The notes beneath the pieces were generated by a model, which ran no database searches, was not told where the DNA came from, and saw only the letters and a program-made list of their open reading frames with translations. From the human T2T-CHM13v2.0 reference genome, Homo sapiens, in the NCBI RefSeq assembly GCF_009914755.1, contig NC_060935.1: a stretch of DNA of 64,000 bases; one strand, written 5' to 3'. Position 1 is the stretch's first letter. Each line of letters begins with the position of its first letter. Positions 62,741 to 64,000 of the stretch are shown piece by piece. Position numbers and translations under genes: made by a program.

Positions 62741-63734
62741 CCTTCCTCCCTTGATGCTGTTTCCCCAAGGCTTGTTTCCTGGTTGATTTAGGCGGTGCTA
62801 CTAAACTGAGCGGTAGTTGCCGGGAAGATGAAGCACTGCCTGAAGTTTCAGTGGTAAAACCATCATTTACTCAGCAGAGGCAGCCAAGCCTGGTGCTGTC
62901 TACTCACAAATAGGATTCCCCAGCAGCTTGGCTGTGCAGTGCATTAAAGAACCACAATTAACTGGAGGTCTGCCAGGTCTGGGTGAAGATCCCATCCTTT
63001 GTGCTGCAGGCCAGCAAGCACCATTTTCCAGATGAGAAGACAGAGGACCCATGGGAACTTCCCAAGGCTCCTGAGAGAGCAGCCATGCCAGGAATGGATG
63101 GAGCCCAGGTTCCAGAGTTCAGAGCTCTGCCTCAGACCCATACAGCTTCTTTAGTCCTTGCTGATTTTCCCAGCCATGTTTTCTGGTGGCCAGAGCCAAC
63201 TGAAGCCAGAAGCTATGTGGCTTAGTCAGGTCTACTTGGGTCTTTTTCCTGCCAAGTTAAGCTTGCTTCTTTCTATGAGTCTGATCAAACCCTTATCTGC
63301 TGCTAGAACTCTTGAAGATAGGTCAGACATAGGCTCAGGCTTTAGATGGTACAGATGGATGAGTACAAAGTCATTTCCATGCTCATACTCTGCAGGAGGG
63401 GGTGGGGGGAGAGGCTTGGTAGTATCATAATTATTAAATTTATTTAAAAGTGCATATCCAATGACCTCATAATTCGTAAGTCAGCATATACTTTCAGGTT
63501 TTCTTTTCCAGAGAAACTCCAAGTAAAATTGGTTTAAATGACACTGAAGTTCACTTTCCTTTCCTGCAAAAGCGAAATGATTTGGGATCACACCCCTTCC
63601 CTTTAAGGTACAACCTGGAAGTTTTTCACCTTTCTGCCCATGTTCTGTCAATCAGAACCCAGTGTCATGCATATAGCTGTGAGGGAGGCTTGGAAATGGA
63701 GTTGCTCTTCTGGCTGTCACACTGGAAGTGGGTG

Positions 63735-64000
63735 CATGGGATGCTGTGGTGCCTCACCCAGGTCCCCTCTTAAGGACTGATAGGCCTATCCCCCAGCTGC
63801 TGAGAGCACTGATGACTGATAGTACATAACTCTGTCCCTTTCTGATTATTCCTCAGAGCCACAAAGAATTGTCTCACCCAAGATTATACCTGCCCGAAGT
63901 TTCAAGCTTCCCGGAGGAGACCATTTTTGCCAAGAATTGCCTTATGCTGACATAAAAGGTTATGACCTCCTTGGCTGAATTTGAGACAACTCTGAAGGGT
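63735..64000 (+). mobile_element. LTR16A/B-like LTR, runs off the window
   Basis: GATGCTGTGGTGCCTCACCCAGGTCCCC...CCCCCAGCTGCTG...GACAACTCTGAAGGG. Confidence 0.75.

Overview
Primate (most likely human or great ape) non-coding genomic DNA, either intergenic or deep inside a long intron. I cannot name the locus. I found no intact protein-coding gene, RNA gene or CRISPR array. The ORFs with recognisable protein similarity are all decayed LINE-1 ORF1/ORF2 fragments. Much of the window is interspersed repeat: a near-full-length inactive L1PA7/8 (2076-8196), an old L1MA (25020-27145), L1ME, L1PA15/16 and L1PA4/5 fragments, five Alus, many MIR and L2 relics, an L3/CR1, ERVL and MaLR solo LTRs (MER21, LTR16, LTR33, MLT1, MST) and DNA-transposon MITEs (MER5A, MER47A, Charlie). 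Repeat-free, TAAT-rich islands between them look like conserved non-coding elements. The most notable structures are: (i) a ~350-bp local inverted duplication (38087-38432 / 39351-39813) whose right arm later received an AluY; (ii) three small templated captures, namely an MLT1 piece inside a younger L1, an inverted L1 5'UTR piece on a short L1 3' end, and a 16-bp self-templated patch in the large L1; (iii) candidate + strand exons, including a 48-nt exon or recursive splice motif at ~55.2 kb; (iv) imperfect hairpins and a 52-bp minisatellite. I see no evidence for a novel multi-gene system. Subfamily names come from remembered consensus sequences, and boundaries of old repeats are approximate (tens of bp).
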